From: Parasitella parasitica NRRL 2501
Lineage: Eukaryota > Fungi > Mucoromycota
DNA: 64,000 nucleotides
Assembly: GCA_025201805.1 (NCBI GenBank)
Contig: MU619319.1
Location: 87,319 to 151,318, forward strand
Direction: 5' to 3'
Shown here piece after piece: positions 12,701-24,351 of the stretch. The notes beneath the pieces were generated by a model. The model did not search any database and was not told where the DNA came from. It saw only the letters and a program-made list of their open reading frames with translations. Each line of letters opens with the position of its first letter. The first letter of the stretch is position 1. Made by a program: the position numbers and the translations under genes.

Positions 12701-13398
12701 ATCAAATGGTGAAGCTGTTGATGGTAAGAAGTTTGTACATCAATGCCTTAAAACCTACGCCTAATTTTTGTGGGATAGTTCGTGCTCGTCTTCCCATTAT
12801 TCAGGGCCACGTTATTGCAGCAGCTAGAGAAGCGTATCGTCAGGGTTTCCTAGATTGGTCTCCTCGCCTTCTTTTGGCCATGTATACTTGCGACATCCAA
12901 GCCAATGCCGAAGTCTTGGGCCGTGTCTATGGCGTCATTTCCAAGAGAAAGGGTAAGATTGTCTCTGAAGATTTAAAGGACGGTACATCCTTCTGGCAAA
13001 TCAATGCTTTATTACCTGTCATCGAAAGCTTTGGTTTCTCTGATGGTAAGTCAAAACAATGTATCGTCTCGTACAATATTGACATGTTGTTTTATAGAAA
13101 TTCGAAAGCGAACTTCTGGTGCTGCCAGTCCTCAATTGGTGTTTAGTGGGTTTGAAATGTTAGACGAAGATCCGTTTTGGGTTCCAACTACCGAGGAAGA
13201 GTTAGAGGATTTGGGCGAAAAGGCTGATAAAGAGAACTTGGCCAAAAAATACATGGATACAGTCAGAAAAAGAAAGGTAGCTGACCTTTTTTTTTTGTTT
13301 GTATATTTACTGACATTAGCCTCGTACAATAGGGTATGTTCGTAGAGAAGAAGCTTGTTGAACATGCTGAAAAGCAAAGAACTTTAAGGAAAAATTAG
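9727..13398 (+). CDS. EFL1: Elongation factor-like GTPase 1 (Efl1/Ria1), 60S maturation
   Basis: [68 protein letters not shown] and C-terminal [14 protein letters not shown]; multi-exon. Confidence 0.96.
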
Positions 13399-13679
13399 AT
13401 GAATCAACGTAAAATCAATAAAATGTATATCAAGCATCAATTCAAAATCATTTGTTGGCATTGTTGGCTGTCTTTATTTACAAATGTCAAGTACTACCGT
13501 AGTTATTATTCAAGAAGTACATGTATCAACTTCGGCACACCATGACTTTTTGAATACAACAAAATCAATATTATGCTCAAGTTGCAATCAAATAAAGTAT
13601 ACGCTTTCTTTTTTATATATCTTACATACAACATGTATCAACATTGTTGACAGAAGAGTATTTTCTTTTTGCTAAGCAG

Positions 13680-14520
13680 AGTTTTAAGAAGTAGAAGACG
13701 ACCAAACAAATGCAGGGTGACAAAGCGTTGGTTCAGGCCATTTTTTTGGATCTCGCGCGGGGGCAGAAGCAATCCACCGACACTTCTTCATTGCTACTGA
13801 TTATAGCAAAACTTGAATATCACTTGATTCTGGATACCTACTCAAAGTCAACAAGCCTTAACTATCTGATTCCTTTATTCAATATTTCAGGTTGCGAGAA
13901 TTTGACATGTTCGCGTGCCAAGAAAGCAGCATACCCTCACCTCTCACTTTGACAATCGAACCGCCATGCTCAACATGGGATTCCCATCCTCAACCCATAT
14001 GGATACCCAAATGTGAATTACTACACTCCTTTTATGATGGTAGGTTTATACCAGTAAAACTATCGATGCCCGCAGAAATAACCAAAAAGTGGAGCATAGC
14101 TCTGACCACAATTCCCTGTTAAATGCAATGTTTTTTCAGTTACATCAGCAAAATCGACGACTAAAGACAAGACAACAACGAGACATAATCCAAACATTGA
14201 AAACAAACCAGAGATTCTTCAAATCGCAGCTACAGCTTGCTTTGGCAGGCTTGGGATACGGTAGATTGATGGATTGAGAATTTGGACCAACAAAGGTAAA
14301 AACTGGTTGCAAACACGACATCCCATCCAAAACTAGCAAGTTTTCTTTTCTTAGCTTTATTGTACGCCTGCCGCCAAACATGAAGTTCAAAACAAAAACA
14401 CTTGGAATGTTATATTGCAGGCTCAACTATCATCAATCCTCCGGCTTCGTTACTAAAGCCATCCATTGGGCTTCGAAGCAAAGTCCAGACATCCAAAGAG
14501 AAAGCAGATTACTGGAGTGC
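13680..14520 (+). mobile_element. Probable decayed non-LTR (L1/Tx1-like) ORF2 C-terminal fragment
   Basis: Frameshifted coding-like segments (KRWFRPFF, LEYHL...YLIPLF, CRLNYHQ, KEKADYWS) loosely resemble the post-RT/zf-RVT region; no intact ORF; a clear LINE endonuclease relic lies 400 bp away. Confidence 0.3.
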
Positions 14521-14805
14521 CAATGCTTTCAAGACAATGTGCCGCGACCAAGTCTCCGCACTTGCAATTGGTCTTACTGGTGTTGGTTGCCTTTTGTTTG
14601 GAGTAACTTTCCCCTGCTTCGACCCAAACCCCACCACTGCCAAGCGCACACAATTCAACAATTTAGCCCTATCTTTTTTTGTACAGAAAACAGATACTGG
14701 GCTCGCCTTTCGATGGAGGCAATACTCTTTGAAGGTTAGTAAACAAATATAAAACGTGGAGATAACTCAATATTGACTTTGACCTTTTAATACTATTGGG
14801 TAAGT
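14520..14805 (+). mobile_element. Probable Fanzor (TnpB-like) C-terminal RuvC-III relic with a structured 3' flank
   Basis: KTMCRDQVSALAIGLTGVGCLLFGVTFPCFDP (RD at 14543-14548) resembles the TnpB/Fanzor RDxNAAxNI motif plus the hydrophobic helix and P-x-F tail. Downstream stems at 14705-14720, 14732-14738/14780-14786 and 14765-14772/14794-14801. Confidence 0.5.
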
Positions 14806-14819
14806 GACATTACGATTTA

Positions 14820-15340
14820 TAAATTGTAACTGTTTCTTCTTTCGGAATTTAGCTTGCTATTCCGTTACAGTATAACCTATACTCGATATACTTCTGTGGA
14901 TACCATTCAACACAAAACAGTCATTACGATAATTTGATAAGCAATATTACGGTGATTTCAATTTTAAGTACGATCTACGAATACCTGGGGATTCGCCTAG
15001 CAAACAACCAACAGCATTTGTAACTTTACAGACACATTTTTGCATGATTGCAACAATTACAGCGATCTTTTCTTTGGAACGCTACCAACCTTTATTCGAA
15101 ATTGAGTGCTCAAAAACCTCGACTATATCATGGTCAGTAAACTATTAAAGGATCTTTACTTTGGCAACCACATCCATTAAATTTCTCGCCAATGGACTGA
15201 CCACCACCTGTTGACAGTCAATCTCAGGATACAATTGTCAAACACCGAGAAAGGGCGATGGTGGGCAAATCTCAATCTCGTCTATATTAAGTCTTATATC
15301 CAGAAGATTGACTCTGGTTTTAATGGAAAAACTATTTCAG
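14820..15340 (+). mobile_element. Decayed L1-like LINE APE endonuclease fragment
   Basis: GDFN (14951-14962) ... TLPTFIRN*VLKNLDYIMVS ... QWTDHHLLTV ... KGRWWANLNL. This is the canonical order of APE-EN motifs and the linker that follows, with in-frame stops. Confidence 0.8.
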
Positions 15341-15412
15341 CCAAAAAGAACTATGCCTGTTATCAATGTTTATTCAAATAAATGTCATGAATGTATATAG
15401 AGCGTATAACGT

Positions 15413-15628
15413 CTAGTTTCCTTTCTTTTTGTCTTCGTCAACGACGTAAAAAACAGGTTTTATCTCAAGGCATTTATGAGTATTTCTTCGATCGCAGAAT
15501 GTGTTATCCAGACAATCAGCATCAATATCGCAAGGGTAGCCTACTTGAGCATGTACGTAGCTGATCATGGCAGCAAGACTAATGATGGCAAAAATGGAGG
15601 AGGCTGAGATCAAGGAGGTAATCTTCAT
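15413..15628 (-). CDS. Small secreted cysteine-rich peptide (71 aa)
   Basis: Hydrophobic signal peptide ending VHA-Q; mature region C-x5-C-x5-C-x7-C (CDIDADCLDNTFCDRRNTHKC); single exon. Confidence 0.75.
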   Translation of the reverse strand: MKITSLISASSIFAIISLAAMISYVHAQVGYPCDIDADCLDNTFCDRRNTHKCLEIKPVFYVVDEDKKKGN

Positions 15629-15989
15629 TTTAATATAAAAGTTTAATTATTAGATGTTACTGAAGAAAAAAAAAAGGCCATAAGTGTTTCTCTTCTTTTA
15701 TATCTTTGTCAATAGCATGACGTACAATGTATCCTTATAAACTATATATACTCATGGATGGAAGTGTCATGCCACTTTTGTATTAATAGCTGCGGTACAT
15801 TAGCAGGCATTGTCATTTGATTTTTGGATCCTGATCACAACTAATAACTAATTTTAATAAACCAAACTTTTAGTGGATTGTGCATTCGTCAATTGTAAAG
15901 TAGTGTCTTTGAAATGAGATTTTGAGAAGATTAGTGTCAACATAATGTAGTGTTGAACCCAGAATCCATCATTATAACGATCAAAATTC

Positions 15990-16150
15990 AGCTGTAATAG
16001 AATAAACCAATAGCTGCGCATGATCAACTCTTTGTATACCGACGATATACCATTGTTACATTTTAGGGTGTATGTGCAATCACTATCAATCTCACATATA
16101 CATATATCATCGGTCAAGAAAGTGTAATAGCCTTATTAAAAATGACGTTT
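15990..16150 (-). pseudogene. Possible decayed paralogue of the adjacent Cys-rich peptide
   Basis: CEIDSDCTYTLKCNNG has the same C-x-I-D-x-D-C-x5-C spacing on the same strand; no in-frame ATG or intact signal peptide. Confidence 0.35.
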
Positions 16151-16301
16151 TGTTTTATATTTATTACATGCAATTGCAGTTGATTATCATCATATATCTA
16201 TTTAATGATGTAACGCATAAATTATAAAAGGCATGAGGGGAGGGAGGATAAGCGAAGGTTTTAAGTGTATCTAGTAGTGGAAAAAGGAAGCATGTATATA
16301 T

Positions 16302-17797
16302 CTATAGGCGCCTGTCGGGAGAGTCTTCACAATCTTTGACAATTGCAACAATAACACTAATGTCATCAGCTTTTCCTCCCTACATATCATGTTAATTCTA
16401 CAAATATACAAATTTTCCTTCTTCGATGCATACCTGATAATATAGTCCTTCATTTACAGCTCTCACTTGAAATGGACTATCCACGTTAAGTTTGGAGTTG
16501 CTAACAGCTTTTGCTCTTTCGGCTAATGCATCAGATATCTTTTGTGGCTCTACTGACAACATTCTAGGAGGTCGATTTCCTGATCCCGGCAGAGTAAATG
16601 TGGATAATTGAGATTTTACAATCGATAAAATCTCTTTATCAAACAGATTATCAAATAAGCCGTCTGAACCCATGATAATTATGTCTCCTTTTTCTACTGT
16701 AACTGTGAAAGACTAGAGGAAATGTGTCAACAACAAATGACAACAGATTGATTTGTGTCTAGTACGCGTACCTGTGCATCTTTGGGCCTATCCGGAGAAC
16801 TCGTACCCAATTGATAAGGAAAATTAAACGAATGCTGTTGCTCTTCGCTTCTAAAAATGTAATCGTTGTGTCTAATAACTGAAATACCACAATCACCGAG
16901 ATTTGCAATTCGCAGTTCTTCGTGTCGCAGAATAGCCAAGCAAGCAGTACATGAACCTATGATTCCCTCTTGCTGGGCTTCTTGCATGCTTTCTTCGTAA
17001 CTTTTCTGTAAAATACTGACAGGATCTGCTTCATCGTAATGGTAGAAGTAGGGATCGTCGACATTATCAAACCTTTCCAATTCGAGATAAGCATGATGCA
17101 TTAATTTTCTCGAGTACAAGGCCGCATTCGCCGCTACATTTCGTATGTGATAAAGTTTTTAAATTGTTGTTTTGTTGCTATTTGGCAATAATAAAATTTT
17201 ACCTGTAACGCCTTGCCAGCCGCCAACACCATCTGCGACACCCAATGCGTCAGAGCGTCTGAAGTAGGCATCCTCGCCTATTTGTATACTGTAATAATGC
17301 TCATTCCTATTCTTAATTAAATCCGGAGTTGTGTAACGTTGTCTTTTTGCAAATCCTGAAGCTCCATGAGCAAAAATATAGGAGGGAACTGCCTTTGCAT
17401 AAGATTTCGAAAAAAAGTTCAGCAAAGGTAATGATTTGTGATGTGGAGGAGGCTCTCGCTGGACTGCCAGTGCATTGCTCTGGTTTTTGGCAGCGGAACA
17501 ACTGAAAAAGCGTTGTTGTTGGTGAGATGATTGAATATATAGAGGAACGATACAGTCAGTCGCTGGCGCTGCCAATGGCTTAGTATTTTCAGCCATTGAT
17601 GTCTGATTTGTATTATTATTTAATGTATTAGGAGTCGTATTTGTTGTGCTATTAATAGTTTGATTGGTCGAGGAAGAGAAATAAGGTCGAACGGCAGTGA
17701 TAGTTGGCAGAGATTGCTGATGTATAAGGCTTTGTTGATGCTGAGACAATTGGTGCTTTGCAGTAGATGTTAGTGTAAACCAAGCTTTTGATTTCAT
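16302..17797 (-). CDS. PTC7: PP2C-type phosphatase Ptc7/PPTC7, probably mitochondrial (4 exons)
   Basis: GEDAYF, GVADGVGGW, GSCTAC, ANLGDCG, EQQHSFNFPYQLG, SDGLFDNLF and GGKADDISV; N-terminus lacks acidic residues, like a presequence. Confidence 0.92.
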
Positions 17798-19222
17798 TTT
17801 AAACGTATTGTGTGGAAGAGAAAAGAGAGGAAGTTTTTATGAATAAAGATATAAATATAAATAGTCTGTTGTATAGATCTGTATATGCAACTGTGTGAAT
17901 CAAAGTGTGTGAAAGAGAGTGCAAAAAAAAAAAAAGAAAAGAAAAATCGCAGTTGTTTATTAGCATTTACGAACTGCTTAATATTAGTCGTCCGATTTCC
18001 TTTTACACTCTTCTTCTCCCTCGCTTACATTTTTACGCATGTACGGTATACAGACAATCAAAATGTCAAGCAATGCTACATGTCTAAATTTATACGCTTC
18101 ACATGCAGATTTCGATTTATATGCACTGGCATCTAGATCAAGAGATGGTAATGTGGTTTATTATTGTTTTTGATAAGGAATATCGCACATGTAGACTATT
18201 TCTAGGGATGAAATGAAAATTGCCTCCTCCCTGGTTCTATATGAATACATGTAACGATTGCACTTTAATGCAATAACTTTGCAGACACTATTCGACACAA
18301 TAGAATGTAGCGTAAATGTGTATTGATCCAATTTTTTCCATTTACATGAACGCTTGTATCAAAATCTGTCCAAATCTATTGCTATAGCAACAACTAGCTG
18401 TTTGGATGCTTGCTTATATACTTAATCATCCGACACTATTTCGATTTTTATACAGCATCGATAAATATAAAGTAGGCTTATTGAGGCAAATGTTGCCTTG
18501 GATATTAAGATCATCGGCCTTTCTTACTTGTTTGCAACACTGAGAGACATGTATATAAAGCTATTCCTCGATTGATCTCTCTAAGTGACGTTATTATTTG
18601 GTTAGTTGGTCTATTTAGATCCTGTATTGAGCATAGTAATAAAGATGCGATGATAGATCTGGATTTTCAGTACTAGGAGACATACTCAAACATTTGTTGT
18701 AGCTCTGATCTTGAGCAAGAGTTTCCTCATTTCAACGTCAATGAATTTGCAAAACTCAATCAGCCCCCCAGTAAAGGAAATAACCGCAGTGTCCTTTAAT
18801 TTGGGATAAAACACGCAAATCTATGCTTTGCTACAGTTCCATTTTTAAATAAACAGCTTGAAAGATTACAAACCCACATATCCAATGTATATCTTTTGCC
18901 TTTCTCGGGTTCACTGTACTTATATACAGTTGTAACCCTTTTTCTTCTCTTTAAAGAAAGATGTGCCGCAGCAAAAAAAAAACCCCCAGTGATTATAAAC
19001 TATACACAGTAATATATGTATCTTGACTATTGGACCTACTCCAAGTGTTGCAAAGCTTGATAAAATCCTGTAAGGCAAAAGGCATTTTTGAGGTAGCATT
19101 TTAATAATTCACCATAGTTTAATTGCTGCTGCGATCCACAGCACTCGAAAACAAACCATCGTCAAGTAGAAGATAGTGTATTTTATTACATCTTGAAGCA
19201 AAAAACGACCCTACAGTAGCAT

Positions 19223-19862
19223 TTATTGACGAGATACGAGCTTCTCAGTCTTCTTGTTAGCACGACGTTCACGGAGAGCCTTATTCTTGGCACGGAGGAC
19301 ATCAGCTTGTTCAGCAAGAGTCTTAGCACGAGCCTTTTCAGCCTTAGCCTTATGGATGTGCTCCATCAAGACACGCTTGTTCTTGAAACCGTTACCCTTG
19401 GACTTGAGGTAAAGGTGATGGTACAAGTGCTTGTCGATCTTACCAGCTTCTCTGTACTTGGCCAAGAGTCGACGGAGGACACGCATACGGCGCATCCAGA
19501 TAACTTGGCTACGCATACGGGCATCAGCAGTACCCTTTCTCTTACCATGACCCATATGACGGCCATTACGCTTGGCAGCAGCACGCTCAAGAACACGGAA
19601 ACGAGACTGAGAGATCTCGGGCTTACGGATAATGAGACCATCCTTTACGAGCTTACGGATGTTGGCACGGGAGTTGGCATTAGAGATTTCATTAACCTCG
19701 TTAGGATCCAACCAGATCTTACGTTGTCCACACTTGAGGACAGAGGCGGCCAAACGCTTTTGAACGAGCAAGCTTACCCTATTTTGTTGTAATTGTTAGT
19801 AGTTGATCGAAAAAATTTTAATTTCTTCCTTGTCCGGTGTCCGGTATGAGAAACACTTACAT
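19223..19862 (-). CDS. RPL19: 60S ribosomal protein L19 (eL19); start codon split by an intron
   Basis: AT (19862-19861) | intron 19860-19779 | G GTA AGC gives [18 protein letters not shown]...KIWLDPNE...[10 protein letters not shown]; strong codon bias. Confidence 0.98.
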
Positions 19863-20575
19863 TTGCAAAAAAAGTTTATAGTTGGGAAAGAGATGGAACT
19901 AAACCCTCAGCACCTGAAGGTCAAATTACATTTGAAAAAAGGTCGTCATTGAATAATGAAAGCAGATGATTGGCCTCAATACAACTCAAACTAATGAAGA
20001 AGGAGAGGTTTGCATCCAACTATCCATCCATCTATCTTATTGGATCATCCATTTTTTGCTCCTAATGTCGAACCCATAGTCTATCTGGTGAGTTTTCTTC
20101 CATGGCAATCCAGTCAGTCATTTGAAAGAAGCCTCAAATGATAAAAAGAGGACTATTAGATACTAATCAACACACTCTACATATATAAATTAATGGTCGT
20201 GCAGCTTTTCACTAAAAAATAAGCTTAGGGCTAGATTTGATGACATTTTCTATTTTCGTAAATCGATTTTTCTCGCAAGAAGTCGAATATGTGTTTGGTC
20301 ATTTTGCCAGTTAATAGAGGGATTTGTCTTTTTTTGCTGTCAAACAAGACCACAATTCATCAAATGAATACAAGCATTCTCGAAAACTAATGAGTATTGT
20401 GTTGATACGTATAACATCTAATATGACGCAAAGAAGACATGCTATGCTGTAGCCCATTTCCATGCAAACATCAGCATGCCTCACTCACAACTACATTGCA
20501 ACACAAAAAAAATTTTTTTTCCTTTTTTTTTTAGTTATTAATCCTTAATAAATATGCGGAATCACTGTTGTTAGA

Positions 20576-21847
20576 TTATTCTGTTAAGGCAGTAGTGGTG
20601 GTATCTTCTTGAGTGTTTGTATTTGCTAATTTCTCAATAATTGAAAACGTCTCACAGCAAATGCTGGAACAAAATCGATAAAGTACAGGGATATGATGAT
20701 TGCAAAGGACATTTCTCCACACAATTTCTTCAATATCTGGCATATGGAATGGAAGTCGACAATTTTCACAATTGTTTATGTGGGATATCGAGTTGAATCG
20801 GTCAACAATATTATTCGGTATAATTGTACAGTTTTCCGTCAGTACATTGGGCGCTTCTTTCAGTAATGTTCTAGTGGATACCTCGACTAGTGTGCGGATG
20901 GTGTAGCTGATGCGCAGTCGATGAGATGAATCTTTCGGCAGTGGAATATATGGATTCGGGATCAAGGATAAAGTGGATAATCTATTTAGACGCAGTAATT
21001 CTGCAGGTATTTGTCTCTAAACATACACACAAAATTCAATTAATTTATACATAAATCGATTAACAAAGAACAACGAATAATTACTAGTTGATTGTTGCCT
21101 AATGAAAGCTCCACTAAGTTTTCGAGTAAAGCAATTTCAGGCGGCACAACTTTTAAACGATTGTTTCCTACGGTTTTAATTAGAATAAATTACAAGCTTG
21201 TTTATAAAAAAAAAAGCTTACTCAGGCTGAGCACTGTCAAATTTTTCAACCAGAATAATACAGGATTGATGGATTGCAGCTCATTATTGTACAAATACAC
21301 TTGCAGCGAAGCTACTTTGACTACATCATTGTGGAGTACCGTAACATATTGCAGTTCTCCTATTTCATCGGGTATTTCAGTTAGACCTATATTACTATAA
21401 TAAAATGTAAATAAAGAAAGAAAAAGGAACCCTCATGGTAGCATACCTTATATCAACTTTGCTCACACCATTATCAACCGTTGCATCAATAGCTCGGCGT
21501 ACTTTATCAAACGGCGTTTCAGTGCTCAGTCTTTGTCGAAACAATTCTCTAGTGTTTATATCCCAGCTTAACGAATTCATGCGTATTCGTTTTCTATCTT
21601 CAGGGCTATTTTCTTGCTCAATCTCGAGGGATAGAATTCCACTTTCCCCACTGCTACTCTGACTGCTCAAACTGCTCATACTGAAGAGTTCATTATCTGC
21701 TTTTAAAAAGTAATTTTTAACAGATGGTGCGATAGGAATTTGCTCTTGGCGAGGGAACTGAGGTAAATAGTCTTCGTCCTCCGAAGCATCTGTATCATTC
21801 CACTCCACTGGATCATATGTGTCATTCTGTATAGAGGAAGAAATCAT
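20576..21847 (-). CDS. Leucine-rich repeat protein with BC-box-like motif and C-terminal Cys motif (LRR1/LRRC58/LRRC28-like)
   Basis: Spliced LRRs (LTEIPDEIGEL, YLYNNELQSI, LSLRNNRLKVVPPEIALLENLVELSLGNNQLRQIPAEL), then IRTLVEVSTRTLL and CENC...IPVLYRFCSSIC. Confidence 0.8.
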
Positions 21848-22055
21848 ACTTGGAAATAGAAAAAGGAAAGAAACGAAAAGAAAGAAAAGAAAGAAAAGAA
21901 AGCGAGAAAAACAAAGTTCACATGAGTTTTTTTTTTTTTTTAATGTGAGAATACATTTGGTGGGCAAGACAGAAGTTGGCTGTGCTATCATGATTTGAGC
22001 GCCGAAGGGCTCTGGGCTTGATGTGTAATCTATGCTTTGCTACGGTAAAATTTAA

Positions 22056-23269
22056 TTACCAACCAAGCAAAGCAATGCTGCTATACATTGCCTCAGCTAT
22101 TTTTGCATGAGTCGAAGTTGTGAGATGTAAGTCGTTCCACCAAATCATGCTATAGAATACTATATTAATCAATACCCAAACTACATGCAAATTGCAGGAC
22201 TCACTCTCCGCAATTAGATTTTCCGCCACAATCGAATCTTGCATTTCTCTGGAGCTCTTTTTGACTGAACAGTGTGTTAAACAGTTGGTATGTGTCAAAA
22301 AATGAAGCATATGCCTTGGGATTATTAGCTTTAAACTGATTCAAGGCCTCTATTAATGCCGCATTGTAGTATTCCACCAGCACATTGAGTGCTTGTTTGG
22401 TATCAGATGGTTTATCATAATACATGGGAATGAGATCTAGTGGAATTAAGCCTACGAGCATTATATACTTTGCGCCTTCAGCATAAAGCCGTTGCTATTT
22501 TAGGTTTTTTCAGATTATTTAAATGAACATAGTATGTGTCTATATCGAACTTACAACATCATTGCCTATCGAAGCAACTATATCATCCACTATGTTCTTT
22601 CTAACAGAGGCGTCACTTTCTTCTTCGAACAAAAGTCGCACATCATTGACACCTGTCCATAAGACATACAATGATGTATTCTGTGGCACCATGGCCGCAC
22701 TGGAAGCCAGACAATGACTAATTTGATGGGTCATATCGATTGAGTTTGGATGAGCAACCAAGTTCTTTTGAAAACCATGTTGATTTAGTATATGTACAAG
22801 TATCGAATTGTATTCATTACATTGTTAGCAGTGGCACCTGATTGTGCGAAATCATACAAAGCGGCATCATTAATTAATTTAGACAGGTATTCTACCCACA
22901 TTAGACCGTTTGTTGATCTTTTAATCTAGTATAAATATACATATATAGGTTGAGTCTTCTAAGTATAGTGGTTAACAATATTATACAATTACTGTTTTGA
23001 TTGTATCTGGATGTAAACTAGATCGAATATTAATATACTGACAAGCATGTAATCATTAAAACTTACTCTTCCTCGTCAAAGTCAGTCTCATTGTTTGCAT
23101 AGAATTCCTTGAGCGAGCCATTTGCAGTGTACGAGTCCCCGAAAGCAAGAATAGTGCTAAACTTGGACACAGTTCGTCGCAAGTAGCTGCCAAGTGGCAC
23201 AATACTTGCCTGGGCAATCACTGAGAGGCACACCAAGTAGCAGAAAATCGAATAGCGAGCCAACCACAT
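22056..23269 (-). CDS. Secreted GDSL/SGNH esterase (CE16-like), multi-exon
   Basis: Signal peptide, AFGDSYT, RSTNGLMWVEYL, FAQSGAT, WTGVNDV and WWNDLHLT. Confidence 0.9.
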
Positions 23270-23652
23270 TGTAATAAAATGTTGATATTTTTTTAAAAGA
23301 AAAAAAAAGTGTACGTTTTATATGAATAGTTTGATGCTATCTAGTTTTATCAACAGTAGATCAATAAAACTGTTTCTTAATAGTTTCTCCTTGGTTACTC
23401 TATAACGTACCGTACAACGCCCCTGTTATACTGCAACTCCTATTTATTCTTGGTCTAATAAACAGTAAGGGATTTGTTGCCGCATAGATGTATTTATATC
23501 CCAAAAATAAAATCATTGTGAATGTTTTTGATAATCGTAATATTTATTGTGTTTCAGTTAAGGATTAATGGTATGTATGTATAATGACAATTTTTTTTGA
23601 AAATTTAATGACTGATGCCTATTTGTCTACTACGGCTACAACAATCTGGGGT

Positions 23653-24351
23653 TTAAGCAAGACCACCAACAATAGGGATCCCTTTGACAGCTTTGACAGG
23701 CACACCCTGATCAGTAGCAGAACCTACAATATCTGTAGCTCCACCTACAACAGGAATATTGTTGGTGATATCAGTAACTCCAGCAGTATCAGGGACGATA
23801 CTGTCAATGGAACCAGTACCGGCGCCAGATCCACCGCCAGCCAGACCTGTAACTGTATCAAGTGGGAGGGGTAAACTGCCAGTAGCACCGGTTACTGTCT
23901 CCAGTGGTCCTTCACTGGTAGCACCGGAAACTGCATTAAGTGGCAATCCGTCAGTAATGCCACTACCAGCAAGACCTGTAACTGATTGAATAGGCAATCC
24001 ATCAACGCCAGGAATACCGCCAAGAGGACCCTTATTCTCGGATTCCTCTTCTTCTTGACCACCAGCAGGAGCACCACCAGCAGGAGCACCACCAGCAGGA
24101 GCACCACCAGCAGGAGCACCACTAGCCGGAGCTTTAGAAGTTCCCTTGGCTTTAGGATCTTTAGCTGGTGGGACATCTTCATCACCTTCATTTTCGTCAA
24201 CCTCGTTTTCTGTACGACGAGCCAAGTGGACAACACTTTTAGAGTAGGAACCACGTCCAACATTCAAGGCATTATTGGTAGTGGGTGCGGGAGCAGCAAA
24301 TGAGACGTTGGCAAGTGCAAGAGCGGCGATAGCTAATAATGTGAAACGCAT
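23653..24351 (-). CDS. Secreted Gly/Thr-rich repeat protein of unknown function
   Basis: Signal peptide, dibasic RR, acidic linker, (GAPAG)x4, repeated LP(L/I)xxV(T/S)G units; no Cys. Confidence 0.85.
   Translation of the reverse strand: MRFTLLAIAALALANVSFAAPAPTTNNALNVGRGSYSKSVVHLARRTENEVDENEGDEDVPPAKDPKAKGTSKAPASGAPAGGAPAGGAPAGGAPAGGQEEEESENKGPLGGIPGVDGLPIQSVTGLAGSGITDGLPLNAVSGATSEGPLETVTGATGSLPLPLDTVTGLAGGGSGAGTGSIDSIVPDTAGVTDITNNIPVVGGATDIVGSATDQGVPVKAVKGIPIVGGLA
24061..24120 (+). repeat. Coding tandem repeat, 4 x 15 bp
   Basis: (ACCAGCAGGAGCACC)x4, perfect. Confidence 0.95.

Noticed and set aside
19060-19100. GCCTTTT and ATTTTTG motifs resembling the U5 loop and an Sm site
   Set aside because: They lie on opposite strands and the invariant GCCTTTTAC loop is not present.
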